Assembly: GCA_002633005.1 (NCBI GenBank)
Contig: NMRA01000009.1
Span: 1,269,683 to 1,333,682 of the forward strand
Length of the DNA stretch: 64,000 nucleotides
From: Phoronis australis
Lineage: Eukaryota; Animalia; Phoronida
Direction of reading: 5' to 3'
Part shown: piece by piece, positions 52,790 to 64,000 of the stretch
Position numbering within the stretch: the first letter of the stretch is position 1
How the letters are laid out: the number at the start of each line of letters is the position of its first letter
Translations under genes and position numbers: made by a program
The notes under the pieces: model-generated
The model's input: the letters and a program-made list of their open reading frames with translations, nothing else
Database searches by the model: none
Told to the model about the DNA's origin: nothing

Positions 52790-53908
52790 ATGGCCTTAAC
52801 TAGGGCAGAAATACAGAGGAACTATAGAGAGCGAAAAAAAACAAAAGGAAGGCGACAGTTACCTTTCCAAAGAAAGGGCCCGAAAACTACAGCTACAAAA
52901 CCGCAAACGAAGTCCAGAGTGCATACTGCAATCAGTCGCAAGTCACACTACATCCCATGGCGTTATATTATATAGATAAATAGACACATTCCTTAAAACA
53001 CAAGAGCTTTGTGGCCGTGTCGGATTGCCTTGTACATGCTTCTTCAACTGTTCTTGCAATTCTGGAAGAGTTCTTTAAAACCGTTGTGCCAGAGCTTCAA
53101 AATGTTGAACACATCCACTACTGGACTGATAGCCCAACAAGTCAATACCAGAATAGATACATTTTTGAAACTATAATTAACCACAAGTCTACGCTTGGCA
53201 GACACGCAATGTGGAACTATTTTGAAGCCGGCCTTGGCAAAGGTGCTTGTGATAGGATCGGTGGCACAGCGAAACGAATGACCGATGGGGCAGTGAATGC
53301 ACAACGACCAACAATTCAAGATGCACAAGATTTCTTCAAGTGGGCAATCCATTCAGGCATCAAAGGTATTTGCTTCTTCTTTGTAGACAATGAAAAGTGT
53401 GAAAAGAAGGCTGAAGAAATTAAGTCGTGTAAACTTCCGCCTGTCAAAGGTACAATGTCATTTCATGCGTGCAGAAGTGATGGGGAAGACCTCATGTCGG
53501 CAATCACATCGTGTCATTGTGCTGACTGTTAATTGGGAAAGCTCAGCAGCAAGCGTTCCTGATCCCAGCCCTGAAGAAGATTCTGTCACTGAGACAGTCT
53601 CTACGAAAACTTGTGAAGAAACGTCGTATCAAGTTGGCGTCTTTGTAGCTGCTATCTACATAGACCAGTGGTACGTGGGGAAAATAATTGCGATCGACAG
53701 TGAAGACAGCGAGGTAGAAATTTCATTCATGCAACAAAGGGGGAGCCTTTTCCAGTAGCCTTCAACAGAGGACACATTGTGGTCTCCTGTTAGCAATATT
53801 CTGTGCAAGTTACAAGTGCCTACTCGAACGGGAAAATCAGCCAGAATGTTTCGACTTGCTTGCCAAGACAGGGATCAAGTCGAGTTGTTGTTTTCGGGAA
53901 GACAGTGA
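52790..53908 (+). mobile_element. DNA transposase relic, Sola-like (probably Sola2), internally deleted
   Basis: HYWTDSPTSQYQN, WNYFEAGLGKGACDRIGG, IQDAQDF, VKGTM..H and C-terminal Y..QWYVGKI.....EVEISFM...F.*P..EDTLW...ILC; stops and frameshifts are present. Confidence 0.7.
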
Positions 53909-56900
53909 TTTCCCTCTTGAAATCGTTGATCACGTTCATGGATACTCTCGTGCTCGTAGCTAGCTAGTGATACTGACATCTATTTGATCCCTAGGATTTA
54001 AGCAACTATTGATTAAGCTGCTACAGGTGCTCTCCTGAATATTTTCTGAAGCACAAATTCTGATTCATGGTTCGTTTTGAGTGATATTTCGAATTTAATA
54101 TCTTTAGAGGTATCGGCTACTTTATCTGAAACATTTGTTACCGTTGTCACATGGGGTTAGTGTGTTGTTTAGAGTAAATCAAGTTATTTGTTGGTATGTA
54201 TCTTGAGTGCATTTCAAGGGTTTTTCGTAAAGAACGCCCCAACTAAATTATAATTTAATGTTTCGTTTCACCAAATTTGCTGTAACATTCGTTACCTTTA
54301 AGCTTCAAGTTTGAATCATATGAAATTCTGAAAATATTGTCAGATCAGCGAACACATGATTTAATATGTGAGACATAAATTGTCGACTGGGTTTGAGTGA
54401 AAAGTTTTGCATTTGCTTGACTCTGCTTGATACAGCAAGTGTTGTACTCTAGTCAAAGTTTAGCTGTCCTTTACACTTGTTGTTTGTTGCAAATGTTTGT
54501 CATATTAGATTAAAGTTTACTACTGTTCCGATAACAGGTTGTTTCTCACCTATTTTCCCCAACACTATATTCTTCTCACCCTTATGTGAATGAAACTTGT
54601 CATTGATAAACCTTTACAAAAAGTCTTGTGCACTTGTTACTAATGTTTACTGCACTTGCATCTATGTTACAATAGGGACGTGACATAATCTTATCTAATC
54701 GCTGATTGGTTCTCCGATAATGGCGGTCACCACTTATTAACCATTGTTTCAACCTACCCCTCGAAAATGCACTTGCTCTCCGTAAAAACTGTAGGAACAA
54801 AGCACCGAAGGTTTTGATGACCTAGAACACAGATTCCTGAATGTATACGTCATGTATACTTGTTTTCACGTTTTCATTTCCATGCTGTTCGAGTAGGAAA
54901 GTTGTTGTTCATCGCCAAGTCATCGCATTTCTTCAGGTAAGTTACATTGTTGTATGAATACATCACATCGCATAAATTTAACCCTTTATAAATCTACATG
55001 CTGATTTTTATGAAGATCTATCGATGCCCTCATAGCTTTTTTCAATCCTCAACTATGGTACTCGGATTTGTAGTGTTACGGCCATGTTGAATGAACGGAA
55101 ATTTGCTTGGTCTTGAAACGAATCTTTTTTCTCATGACCTGTTCCTTTTCTGCAATTGTTTTGCGTTTTGAAAGTTGCCAAGTACAAGTTGGATTTACAT
55201 TGATATTAATTATTTGTGGTCTAAATACAATGATTCTTGTTGATTTTTGTCACAGGAACCCAGGTCAAGTGACATGGTTCTGACAATGTGATTGGTTTAT
55301 TTGTTAAATAAATGAACAGCGGCTGCCAAACAAAGAACAGCTGACTGATGAATGTAAACAGTGCACATTGCTGGATGAGCTAGCCTTTTGTGAACATTTT
55401 TTAAATCCTTTATATTCATATTGACAGAAGAAATGATTTCATCAATGCATTTTCATTGTTCATGTTATTTCAAACTTGCTTGATAAATTTCAATATGAAA
55501 TTTTGTTCTTTGTTCTCAACATATTTTTATGGTAAAAGTGGTTTCTTTACAATCTCACCTCAAGAAACTTAAATGGAAACAAACTTCTTTGATAACTGAT
55601 ATTAGATGTCATTTTTGCAAAACAACATTTCATCAAAGTGTTTTCAGTGCTGAAATGAAGTGCATTATTGTTAGCCAATTTTTAGTTCATTTTAATACAC
55701 AGCCAGTGGAGCACAATTACCTTTTGCATTTGCAAAAAGGACTTTCCTAGGTATAAACATTCACAATCACAAATTTCAATATTTTTTATTCTCAGGATGC
55801 CACCAAAAAAGAAAAGAAAGCTGTCGCTAGTTTCTGATAAACCTGGCTTAGCTCATCAGTATGTGGAAGAGCAAAAATACATGATAAGTTATTGGCAAGA
55901 AGAAGATGAAGACTTTGCTTTGGACTATGATATACATGAATATGAATTAGCTGCAGATTTTGTTACTAAAGATTTAGTTTTCTGCTGAGAAAAAGTGTCA
56001 CAACACGTATTGGGCTGGTAGGGTACTTATGTTGAGGATGCTATGTTTTGTTGCGTTGTGAATATGTTGATAAAGTACTAGTTTTCAAACAATCCCGGGT
56101 CTTCCGGTGTGCCAGTTACCATTACAATTTGGCAAGTCTAGTTTTGCAAGACTTTTTTTGTGTAAATGAGTATGGTAATATTTCATCGTTACCGTTATTA
56201 TTTGTTTATTTCATTATCAAATAATGGCATATTCTGCACCACCTGCTGGCAATTTCAAAACATGAGTACGTTGGTGACATCGGCTTTCTTGTTTGCCAAA
56301 TTTCTCAAATGATCATAATGATGAGAAGGCTACTGCTGACGCTGATTTCTGGGCATGTTCGACTACTGTGGTGACCCGTTGTGGCAATTTTTTATTTTTT
56401 TACTCTTTACGATTGCCTCGGTGTCATGCGAGTTCCTTGACGAATCTTCATGAAATTCAGCATATAAGCTCTATGAAAGAGATGGTGACGCCTTCATATT
56501 TTCGGATGGGTTTGACATTTATGTATATATTTTTTCTATTTCTTAAAGTTGTAAGTCAATTTTGTATCACTTTTGACATCAGTAGTGTTTTGAAATCAAA
56601 ACACGCTCATTCTACAAAATTGGATACTCATCCACATCTTCTACTGCGTGCATCGGTGTTTGAAGTGTCTGTGCTTTGTTGGGTATCACACAATGTCTCA
56701 TACATTGCCCACATCGCTCTGCTCCAAACTACGTTTAGAATCGTGATGAAGGGTGGTGTGCTCACATTGAGGAGAGCATTCACTTGCTTTTCAGTTCTGC
56801 ATTGCTCTTGTTATAGAAAGTGTTCATGTACTTACAATAAAGATGATAATATGGTTATTCAAGTCCGTTTTGGTAATTAGTTGATTACTAATTAATACTT

Positions 56901-58974
56901 ATTTTCTACGTATAATTAACAAAAAGGTTGTATTTTTATGTATTGTTACTCTTAATTAAGCTCTTGTAGCTTTAGAATCCTATTACTGTTACATCTAGAG
57001 AAAGAATTGCGAGAATTTTCTCTTGACTAATTAACTTAATTACAATCAGTTAATCATTCCAGTCGAGAATTGTTTTGGTGTTTATCAAACCAGATTCTAA
57101 ACATTATTATCTTTCAAACAAAAAGTTTCATTTTAATTGGTTGAGAACTGGCGAAGTTATGATTATATGTTGTAAAAATACTAACATAATGTGTCATGTT
57201 TTGGGCTAAAACAATAGGAGAATTAGTAGCTTCAAAAGCGATCGTTACAATGCAATATCTCTGGAAGTATTTTAGGTACAAATGTAAAAAACATATTTTT
57301 GGAAAGCTCTTGTCACGTCCCTAATGTTACAAGGACACATTTAAGAAAAAAAATGCCAAAAGTAATGCTTTGCCAATTTTTTTTAGACAAGTTAACTTGA
57401 AAAAAATATATTTCTGAAATTTATAGGCACTGTTTGTTGAAACAAAGCACTTTTCTTCAACAATTATAAATATTTTTTTGTCAAGTAGTGTATGCCCATT
57501 TGCACTGTTTTATTGCGCCTGGACGAAAAACAGCCATTTTCATACCTTGTCACATTTACCATGCAGACCAATTTTTGCAAAAACCATACTTACACACTGT
57601 AGACCAAATGGTCTTCGTCCACGACATCACCGTCCTGTGTGACCCCGCAACTATGGTCACCAACAGGGTCATCTCCACTGCCCCAACAGCTGACCTCTCT
57701 GCAGGCCATTTGCAGAAATTAACCAAAATTCTCATGCACTACAATATATACAGTGCAATTATAACAACGGTATAAACAAAAGATTATTTCGTAGCAAATA
57801 AAAAACATTACAATATCAAGACACATGGTCATGAAAGACATTCCGGTGCTGCACAAAAGCCTACCCCCCTATTATTGGCAAACACAGTCTCACGGAATAA
57901 TGAACTGCAGTCCAGAAAAATCTCTTCTCATCCTTGTATGGAACAAAGCTAAGACCAATTTTATAAACAGTGAGAGGCCTTGACACGCACCTAAGAGGAA
58001 ATGTGCCTGTGTCTTCTGACATGAACTGTTTTTGAATGAGAGGAAAATTCCCCTGGTCACCAAATCCCCTGGTTGCCAACACATGTCCCTAAGCTGCATA
58101 AATTAGTAAGAAACAATATCTTAATTTCTGTTGATTAAACAATATGCCTTTACAGGGATATTCCTGACCAGGTTTGAACCAGTGTGCCCTTTGGGCGCAC
58201 CTGGTGATGAAAAGTGAGCCTTTTTCAAAAAAATGTGCCCAGCAGACTTTGCGCAGGGGTAACATATGAAACAGGAAAACAGGAACCCCAAGAGCAATGG
58301 ATATAAAAACTGAGCCATGTTTTACTCAACTGGCTGTAAGTTGGCTAGGGGTGTTGCCCAGGGGATAGGCACACTGTTGCAATGTACTGGCGAGTTTTTT
58401 ATCCCTGCCTTTACACTGCTTAAGCAGTTAGAATAGACCTCTCATCAGGCGTGTTTCATAGATGTGAGAATATCGTGAAAACACAAGATCATGCAAAACT
58501 TTGTGAGATATCGCGCCATGTATTACAAGTGAATAACTTGATCACACCAGCTGCTTTTGCATGTTTCGTGTGTCCACAAAACTGACAGTCGTGTTGTTTT
58601 AATTGGATTAGGCACCTTACCATGATCCAGGCAGAAACTGCACAATTCAAAGCAGCTCTTTTGGCTTCAGGAGAAAAATTGGCGGAAGGCGAGTTCAACT
58701 GACCCCTCAAACTCCACCCCAAAAGCAGGATCAATCGCCCTGCATTGTCCAATGCTCCGCACGGTCGATGGACAGGAATGTGATTTAACCCACACCACAG
58801 TGCCATTGCCTCCTGGACAAATGGTTTAGATGCTTGACTAACACACCATAGAATGAGAAATATTCAACCAAATGTCCAATCACCTCGAATCTTATAATCT
58901 TTTAATGACGGTGCCTAATCTGTGCTGGCTTCAGTTGCAGCACTACCTTACTTTGCCTACTTGAAGCCTGGCGT

Positions 58975-60100
58975 AAAGCTCTAGATGAACAAAATACACT
59001 GCAGCAGCACAGCAGCAGTACTTTGGATCTTTCTAAAGCTTTTGACTGCCTCCCCCAGTCTCGATTTCCTGATCTCAGAACTCAAAGCTTATAAATTTGA
59101 TGACAATGCTGTATACCTTTCTTAGGAATTATCTCTCAAACAGGAAACTACTGGTGAAACTAGGCCAACAATCCAGTGAATGGGGCCAAGTGTACAAGGG
59201 AGTACCTCAAGGAACCCCTTCTATTCAATATTTTCATCAATGACATCTTTTTTGTGAAAAAAAATCTACACTGGTCAACTACACAGATGACAATTAACAC
59301 CCTCTCTTTCTCTGGCAACAACCCACTCCTGGTTACTGAAACTCTAACACAAGATAGCGAATCACTCATTAACTGGTTTGCTGTCAATATGGCATGCAAG
59401 CAAATCCTGACATATTACAAGCAATCTGCATAGATACCAAAATGAACACGTTTTGTAAATCCCTCTCGGAAATTCCCAAATACCTTGTGAACCGAAAGTT
59501 AAACTCCTAGGAATAGCTATCGATACCAATCTAACTTTTGACTTCCGTATTTTGGAAATTTGCAAAACACCTCACAGCAAATAAATGTTCTAAGAAGAAT
59601 TGGACACCACCTTACAATAAATGGCAGATTTGCCATTTTTCACTCCTTCATACTTTCAAATTTCAATTACAGTCCCCTCTCATGGCATTTTCGCACTAAA
59701 GAAAATATACTTAAACTGGAGCTCTCCGTTTTGTTTACTGATAACTACAACGCTAGCACGCATGAATTCACTGCATGGCTAACAAACCACCACTTCACCT
59801 ACACAAACTTCGACTTAATGCAATAGAAGTATTTAAATTCCTTTATGGCAAATCACCTAAGACACTTCATTCACGAAATAAACAGGCAAGAAAACAATTA
59901 ATCGTTTCGCAATATATAGATATTCATTAAGTAAATCTGTCAAATACGGTAAACAATCTTTTCGCTTCGATCGAGGTCGCTCGGGTATAGAAAAGTCTAC
60001 CGAATGAGTTGTACACAACAGAGTCTCAATTCATTGTTTTCCGTGGACTGATACGGACCTGGACTGGCCCCGAATGCAGCTGCTCGCTTTGTAAATTAAC
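58975..60100 (+). mobile_element. 5'-truncated CR1/L2-clade LINE reverse transcriptase relic
   Basis: LDLSKAFD, NYLSNR, GVPQG..PLLFNIFIND, YTDD, WF..N, KLLGI.ID..L.F and SNFNYSPL.WHF, with frameshifts. Confidence 0.88.
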
Positions 60101-60918
60101 ACTCCAGGTTATATGTTGTAAATAGTGTGACCATCATCTCTGTACATGTTGAGATTTCTCTCTAGATTGTAGTATTTACGGATGTACCTATTACGGTTTA
60201 TACTCATTCTTTTTGTGGGTCTAGACTCTAGTGCACTTAACTTTTATACTTAAGTCATGTCATTCTCCATCTTTAGCTTAAACTTGCATTTTTCTTCACA
60301 TAGTTTACCGTTTGTTGTAGAAATAGTCCAAACGACTAAATGTTAATCTGTTCTTCGAATGACGTTAAATAAAAATTCTTGTTTCGTGATCCCATGTTAG
60401 TCTCAGGACTGGTAGCTTTTTCGACTTTAGTGATAATTAGGTTAAAATTAAAATTTGATTTGACCAACGGGGCGGTAACCAATTATTGTCGATAGATAGT
60501 GAAATCCTCTCTGTGGACGGAATTTTGTAGTTGAAATTAAAAGCTAATATACCTCAGTACTGGCCATCACTAAACTGTGAAACTGTTTTTGTGCTTTTGG
60601 ATATAACTGAACCTCAAATTTAAGTGTGCTGCATACAGAGCCAGAGGTAGCTTAATTCAATAAACCTAAGACTAAGTATAGACTGACCAGATAGGTTTCC
60701 TTCAGAAAACAACTTACAACACCAAACAATCTTCAACTTGATCTTCAAGCAGAAACTACAACGCAAGTAGACTCTTATGTACCAATTCCAGGAAATGATA
60801 AGACAATGGAACACAAACACCTTTTCATGACGTGGAAATTTGTCATGTGATTTCTAAGAAATTATCATATTTTCATCGAAATCAGACACACTGGCCAGCC
60901 TTAGAGGGGGGGGGGGGG

Positions 60919-61016
60919 NNNNNNNNNNNNNNNNNNNNNNNNNNNNNNNNNNNNNNNNNNNNNNNNNNNNNNNNNNNNNNNNNNNNNNNNNNNNNNNNNN
61001 NNNNNNNNNNNNNNNN
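60919..61016. other. Assembly gap flanked by poly-G
   Basis: Run of N. Confidence 1.
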
Positions 61017-61253
61017 GGGGGGGGGGGGGGTTAGTCGGAAGGTTCTTTGCGGATGTCGATAGACAATAAGAGACTAAGGAATACTGACCATCTTTCCGAT
61101 TCCAAACTCCACAACACAAATATTAATAATCACAAATCTTGGCTTCCTGGTCATACCCATACAGCCTCGCGCCATCGGACCCTTGTTTCCGAGTACATTG
61201 CGACCCTAGCGGCAGATTTTGCAGACAAGTGTTTACTGCTGTGTGTGAACTCG

Positions 61254-61645
61254 GAAGTGGGTGTTGCGTGAACTTGGAATTAAATATTCTTTAAGGCAAA
61301 AAGGTGAAATTTTTGTTCGATGAAAAGCATTTTTGTAGTTATTGGCCTCGCGATTAAACATTTTCTCCTTTACCGTTACCCTCTAACACACTCGTTTAGC
61401 ACTGTGATATACTTCACCTTAACTAACTTGTGTCGCTGAACCGGAGGAATATGTGAATGGCTAAATCAAGTGCCGAAAATGATCGCCCGTAGTTAAAAAG
61501 GTTGGTTAACTTAAAATTGACATTATTTTACTCAAATGTAACTTGATTTAGTGCAGTGCAAATTTTTATGAACATGAACGATTATTTGAGTGAACTTGTG
61601 AAGTTGTCTCGCGAGGGTATTCCAAGTTCACGCAACACTCACTTC
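61254..61645. mobile_element. MITE-like element with 27-bp inverted repeats
   Basis: GAAGTGGGTGTTGCGTGAACTTGGAAT (61254-61280) versus ATTCCAAGTTCACGCAACACTCACTTC (61619-61645), one mismatch. Confidence 0.7.
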
Positions 61646-61823
61646 AAGAAGCGAGGCTAGATGTTATCACACGCTCAGAACCCGGCCCCAACTTCTGGTA
61701 AAGTCACTAAACGGGAAAACGCTGTCATGGTTCAGTGACTTTACCAGACGTAGGGGGTTCTGGGCGTGTGGTAACATCTAGCTTCTTTGTTAACTGCCAA
61801 GCACACTTTTGTCTGTTACGACA

Positions 61824-62801
61824 CAGTGGCGGATCTAGGATATCACAAGGGGGGGCCCAACATTTTGTCCGGCTGTAAGCATTTGCGCAAACCACGATTG
61901 TAGATGCGCATAGCACCGAATGGGGGAGGGCAAAACCCCCCTCCCGCCCAGGAAATTTTTCTATTTTTTCCTCTAGAAATCAAGCATTTTCCTTGATTTC
62001 TGATGTATTATCCAAGAAAAAAAAGGAAAAAAATACACGGAGAACGTGTCACACAGGAAAAATTGCGAGTTTCACAGACTCGAACACACGACCTGGGTGA
62101 TAGGACGCGCGTGCTTTACCACTACACCACCACGACTTTACTAATAAACTTAAAGTAAGAGACCTACTTGTTTATGGTCCACAGCGTTTGCGCGCGAAAC
62201 CTACTTCTTTTTGTAATGCTTATTACACATTTTATATTTTGTGCAATCAGTTCTTAACAAATTTGTTGTATTTAAAATAGTCTTCAAATGCCCAAAAGAC
62301 CAAATCCGTTTTTCGTGTTGGCAATAATGACGGGATTGCTTTGGAAATCGTCTTAAGTTAAGCTAGGTTTGACAAAGAGAGAATTAATGAGTTTCTGAGT
62401 GATTCACTAAGGCTTCGATTAAAATTCACATCTTACCAGCAGCTTCTGTTTTTTCATCGTCACTCAGGTTCCATTTTCTTTAAAAAATGAAGTAAATTTT
62501 CTCCATTGCACAGTAGAGCAGACGACGGAAACGGGCTCGTAGTGCGCAGCGCCACTGCTGGTCGCTTGGGATATCGCGGGAGAGCTTATACTTAGCCACA
62601 GTTCCGTTACGAATGCGCCGTGTTCCGAATTTGACACTTGAAATTGGATCTGAGCCCCCCCCCAAACACTAAAACTGCACACATTTAAATCTTTTTTCAT
62701 CAGTATAATTTTAATTACCGGGGCAAATTAATAAACTCAACGTTTCCCTACGCTCTTGCTGTTTTATTTTTATTTGCGCCAGCTAAGNAAATCCGCCTAT
62801 G
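61824..62801. mobile_element. CAGTGGCGGAT-terminus non-autonomous DNA element nested in a MITE, with a 5-bp TSD
   Basis: Ends CAGTGGCGGAT and ATCCGCCTATG; CGACA duplicated at 61819-61823 and 62802-62806. Confidence 0.7.
62077..62130 (-). other. tRNA-derived Pol III promoter-like module (A and B box); second copy at 63947-64000
   Basis: GTGGTGTAGTGGTAAAGCAC...GGTCGTGTGTTCGAGTC; no convincing anticodon or acceptor stem. Confidence 0.6.
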
Positions 62802-63244
62802 CGACAACAAACAGGCCATGATTATCTGCCAGCTAGGCTTATTACAGACCACATGTGAACACAGCCAAACTCAGAGTGCACATTGGTGTATTTGGAAAGA
62901 ATAGATTGACGTAACGGTTGCAGTTGGTCGATTTTGGCGATTCAAAATCTAAACATGATAACATTTGACGAAGATTTCAGAAATGCTATTGGTTTATGTT
63001 CAAATATGTTATAACTTAACTTTTATTTTTAACAGCGCAACCCAGTCAGGGTAGATACGATCTTATTAGAGATTAGAGCAATTATCGAACAAAAGTGAGC
63101 TGGCCCTCCAACCATAAATGCCAGAATGGAGTTAATCAATCCTTTAATTAAGATCAATGATTGGCTACAGGGGTAAACTTCTCAACTTGTTGTTGGGCTA
63201 TAGAATCGAACAAGTTTGGGAGCAACGGAAAACGCCGTAATCTG

Positions 63245-63478
63245 TTGAGAACCTCCGAAGATACAGAGATAAGCGTAAAGAATTGAAACCATTAGGGGCC
63301 ACACCGGTAGTCGGAGACTAGGTCTGAAATTCGCCGTCATTCGTCGTCAGCTTCATAGGAACACATCTACCAAATCTCACCAAGTTCCTGTGCGGGGTTT
63401 AGGAGATACAGCTGCGGACGCCAGACACCGGACGCCCATATAGAGATGACGGCAATATGAATACATGGGGACATAAAA
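63245..63478 (-). mobile_element. Partial HINE terminus
   Basis: One subunit plus the cggacgcc microsatellite and agagatgacggca...cataaaaa end. Confidence 0.6.
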
Positions 63479-63709
63479 ACCGATGCATCGCGGCTAACTT
63501 GAACAACGAATCGACGAGTTACTCATTCACAGTCTGGTTTAGGCTCTCTTCGGCGTTGGGATAACAAAACCCCAAATGTTAGCGAAGGGGTTGTCTCCTG
63601 ATTGAAAAACGCCATCTCAAATCGTTGTTCACAAAACTTGACCGCTTTTGCAATGAGTTCACAAATGTGTAGTTGAAAATACCCTATCTTCATTCTCGGT
63701 GGACTTCAA

Positions 63710-64000
63710 CAGTGGCGGATCTAGGATATCACAAGGGGGGGCCCAACATTTTGTCCGGCTGTAAGCATTTGCGCAAACTGGTCCACGATTGTAGATGCGC
63801 ATAGCACCGAATGGGGGGAGGTCGGGAGGGGGGAAATTTTTCTGTTTTTACCTCTAAAAATCAAGCATTTTCCTTGATTCCTGAAGTATTATTCAAAAAA
63901 AAAAAACACGGAGAACGCGTCAAACAGGAAAACTGAACGTACCAAAGACTTGAACTCACGACCTGGCGGTTAGAGAGCGCGTGCGTTACCACTACACCAC
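63710..64000. mobile_element. Second copy of the CAGTGGCGGAT element, running off the window
   Basis: Closely matches 61824-62130. Confidence 0.75.

Noticed and set aside
56293-56880. 195-aa plus-strand ORF
   Set aside because: Non-ATG start, no recognisable motif and no splice context.
57790-58850. Possible minus-strand LINE C-terminal relic (CQFCG motif)
   Set aside because: Only one weak motif; no continuous frame.
60905-61030. Poly-G / G-quadruplex candidate
   Set aside because: It flanks an assembly gap, so its length and sequence are unreliable.
62077-62130. Functional tRNA gene
   Set aside because: A/B boxes are present but there is no proper anticodon or acceptor stem, and it sits in a repeated element.

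Overview
AT-rich eukaryotic (invertebrate-type) genomic DNA with spliceosomal introns. Most of the window (about 3.5-45 kb, possibly to 50.8 kb) is one large minus-strand multi-exon gene for a HELZ2-like RNA helicase/exoribonuclease. I traced a phase-consistent chain of about 21 exons (about 2,850 aa) by hand. The domain order is TPR, Ser/Lys-rich linker, repeated CxxC/CCCH zinc modules, C2H2, CCCH, UPF1-like SF1 helicase, and an RNB (RNase II) domain with all catalytic Asp residues; the gene's 3' end is not resolved in the window. The introns and flank hold non-autonomous Helentron-like (HINE) elements whose internal tandem arrays carry many co-oriented CTCF-consensus motifs, two exon-containing duplications, THAP relics, a Penelope-like GIY-YIG fragment, a Sola-like transposase relic, a CR1/L2-like RT relic, several MITE families (some nested, one carrying a tRNA-like Pol III module) and a 48-bp minisatellite. 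Assembly gaps lie at 20499, 26073, 60919-61016 and 62788. All calls come from reading the sequence; no database search was run.
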